From positions 20,310,303 to 20,374,302 of the forward strand of contig CM082577.2 of NCBI GenBank assembly GCA_040954595.2: DNA of 64,000 bases, given 5' to 3'. Shown here piece by piece: positions 61,801-64,000 of this stretch. Below the pieces are notes generated by a model that did no database searches, was not told the DNA's origin, and saw nothing but the letters and a program-made list of their open reading frames with translations. The stretch comes from Balanoglossus misakiensis (lineage: Eukaryota; Animalia; Hemichordata). The position numbers were made by a program, and so were the translations under genes. Numbering within the stretch: position 1 is the stretch's first letter; each line of letters begins with the position of its first letter.

Positions 61801-63883
61801 AGAAACGGACACTTGCGACAAAAATGTTATCCATCAGGCTACTCTTCAATGGAAAAGTTGGAAAATAAAATGAAGCCTACAGCACGTAGTATTCCCAGGT
61901 GGTCTCCCATCCAAATACTAACTACGCCCAACGCAGGTTTGCTTCGGTGATCAGACGAGAACCGGCTTATTCTACGTGGTATGGCCGTCGGCGAAAGATT
62001 GTTGAATTTCTCCTACTATAAACCTGAATCCTACACCATTGAACACATAGCCCGACTTGGCTAATTTTGTGGGTAACCGATCGACCTTCCATAGCTTATA
62101 AGGCAAGTGGGATAAAAAAAATATGGTTTGCTTTGTTCTGCAAAAAGTGGTTTTAGAATTCAGGCACTTTCAGAAAAGGAAGAAACGTACACTTGCGACA
62201 AAAATGTTATCCATCAGGCTACTCTTTAATGGAAAAGTTGGAAAATAAAATGAAGCCTACAGCACGTAGTATTCCCAGGCGGTCTCCCATCCAAGTACTA
62301 ACTACGCCCAACGCAGGTTTGCTTCGGTGATCAGACGAGAACCGGCTTATTCTACGTGGTATGGCCGTAGGCGAAAGATGGTTGAATTTCTCCTACTATA
62401 AACCTGAATCCTACACCATTGAACACATAGCCCGACTTGGCTAATTTTGTGGGTAAACGATCGACCTTCCATAGCTTATAAGGCAAGTGGGATAAAAAAA
62501 TATGGTTTGTTTTGTTCTGCAAAAAGTGTTTTTAGAATTCAGGCACTTTCAGAAAAGGAAGAAACGTACACTTGCGACAAAAATGTTATCCATCAGGCTA
62601 CTCTTTAATGGAAAAGTTGGAAAAAAATGAAGCCTACAGCACATAGTATTCCCAGGCGGTCTCCCATCCAAGTACTAACTACGCCCAACGCAGGTTTGCT
62701 TCGGTGATCAGACGAGAACCGGCTTATTCTACGTGGTATGGCCGTAGGCGAAAGATGGTTGAATTTCTCCTACTATAAACCTGAATCCTACACCATTGAA
62801 CACATAGCCCGACTTGGCTAATTTTGTGGGAAACCGATCGACCTTCCATAGCTTATAAGGCAAGTGGGATCAAAAAATATGGTTGCTTTGTTCTGCAAAA
62901 AGTGGTTTTAGAATTCAGGCACTTTCAGAAAAGGAAGAAACGTACACTTGCGACAAAAATGTTATCCATCAGGCTTCTCTTTAATGGAAAAGTTGGATAA
63001 AAAAATGAAGCCTACAGCACGTAGTATTCCCAGGCGGTCTCCCATCCAAGTACTAACTACGCCCAACGCAGGTTTGCTTCGGTGATCTGACGAGAACCGG
63101 CTTATTCTACGTGGTATGGCCGTAGGCGAAAGATGGTTGAATTTCTCCTACTATAAACCTGAATCCTACACCATTGAACACATAGCCCGACTTGGCTAAT
63201 TTTGTGGGTAACCGATCCACCTTCCATAGCTTATAAGGCAAGTGGGATCAAAAAATATGGTTGCTTTGTTCTGCAAAAAGTGGTTTTAGAATTCAGGCAC
63301 TTTCAGAAAAGGAAGAAACGTACACTTGCGAGAAAAATGTTATCCATCAGGCTTCTCTTTAATGGAAAAGTTGGAAAATAAAATGAAGCCTACAGCACGT
63401 AGTATTCCCAGGCGGTCTCCCATCCAAGTACTAACTACGCCCAACGCAGGTTTGCTTCGGTGATCAGACGAGAACCGGCTTATTCTACGTGGTACGGCCG
63501 TAGGCGAAATATGGTTGAATTTCTCCTACTATAAACCTGAATCCTACACCATTGAATACATAGCCCGACTTGGCTAATTTTGTGGGTAACCGATCGACCT
63601 TCCATAGCTTATAAGGCAAGTGGGATAAAAAAATATGGTTGCTTTGTTCTGCAAAAAGTGGTTTTAGAATTCAGGCACTTTCAGAAAAGGAAGAAACGTA
63701 CACTTGCGACAAAAATGTTATCCATCAGGCTAATCTTTAATGGAAAAGTTGGATAAAAATACGAAGCCTACAGCACGTAGTATTCCCAGGCGGTCTCCCA
63801 TCCAAGTACTAACTACGCCCAACGCAGGTTTGCTTCGGTGATCAGACGAGAACCGGCTTATTCTACGTGGTATGGCCGTAGGC
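55821..63883 (-). rRNA. Tandem 5S rDNA array: 22 complete 120-nt genes, ~376-380-bp unit, continues past the window end
   Basis: GCCTACGGCCATACCACGTAGAATAAGCCGGTTCTCGTCTGATCACCGAAG...GGATGGGAGACCGCCTGGGAATACTACGTGCTGTAGGCTT. First copy 55821-55940, last 63764-63883. Each is followed by an oligo-T Pol III terminator, with TTTATA at about -25 to -30. Confidence 0.97.
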
Positions 63884-64000
63884 GAAAGATGGTTGAATTT
63901 CTCCTACTATAAACCTGAATCCTACACCATTGAACACATAGCCCGACTTGGCTAATTTTGTGGGAAACCGATCGACCTTCCATAGCTTATAAGGCAAGTG

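Noticed and set aside
56070-61873. Repeated 60-68 aa ORFs in the array
   Set aside because: Chance frames in the 5S spacer or antisense strand, broken by homopolymer indels in most units.
55821-64000. CRISPR-like regular array
   Set aside because: Spacers are near-identical, the unit is ~378 bp and contains a 5S gene; no cas genes and the context is eukaryotic.

Overview
Eukaryotic (animal, probably marine invertebrate deuterostome; this is inference) genomic DNA. The left ~30 kb is a pile of nested transposable elements: Helentron-type repeats, a Penelope fragment, an orphan 5S rDNA unit fused to a Tx1 LINE, a Gypsy remnant with HhH-gag, PHD-integrase and an extra TatD nuclease ORF, and a Tx1 LINE split by a SCAN-gag LTR element that itself carries three insertions. 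The middle holds four spliced genes. Two are tandem minus-strand iodothyronine-deiodinase-like selenoprotein genes, each with an in-frame TGA at the catalytic position, non-canonical active sites and a SECIS-like hairpin. The third is a type II membrane FkbM-methyltransferase/NodB-like fusion, and the fourth is IAH1. The right end has a 28S rDNA fragment ending at the R2 target site and a tandem array of at least 22 variant 5S rRNA genes (~378 bp unit). The edge unit of that array is interrupted by a 5'-truncated Tx1 retrotransposon inserted inside the 5S gene. All calls were made by eye, without database searches.
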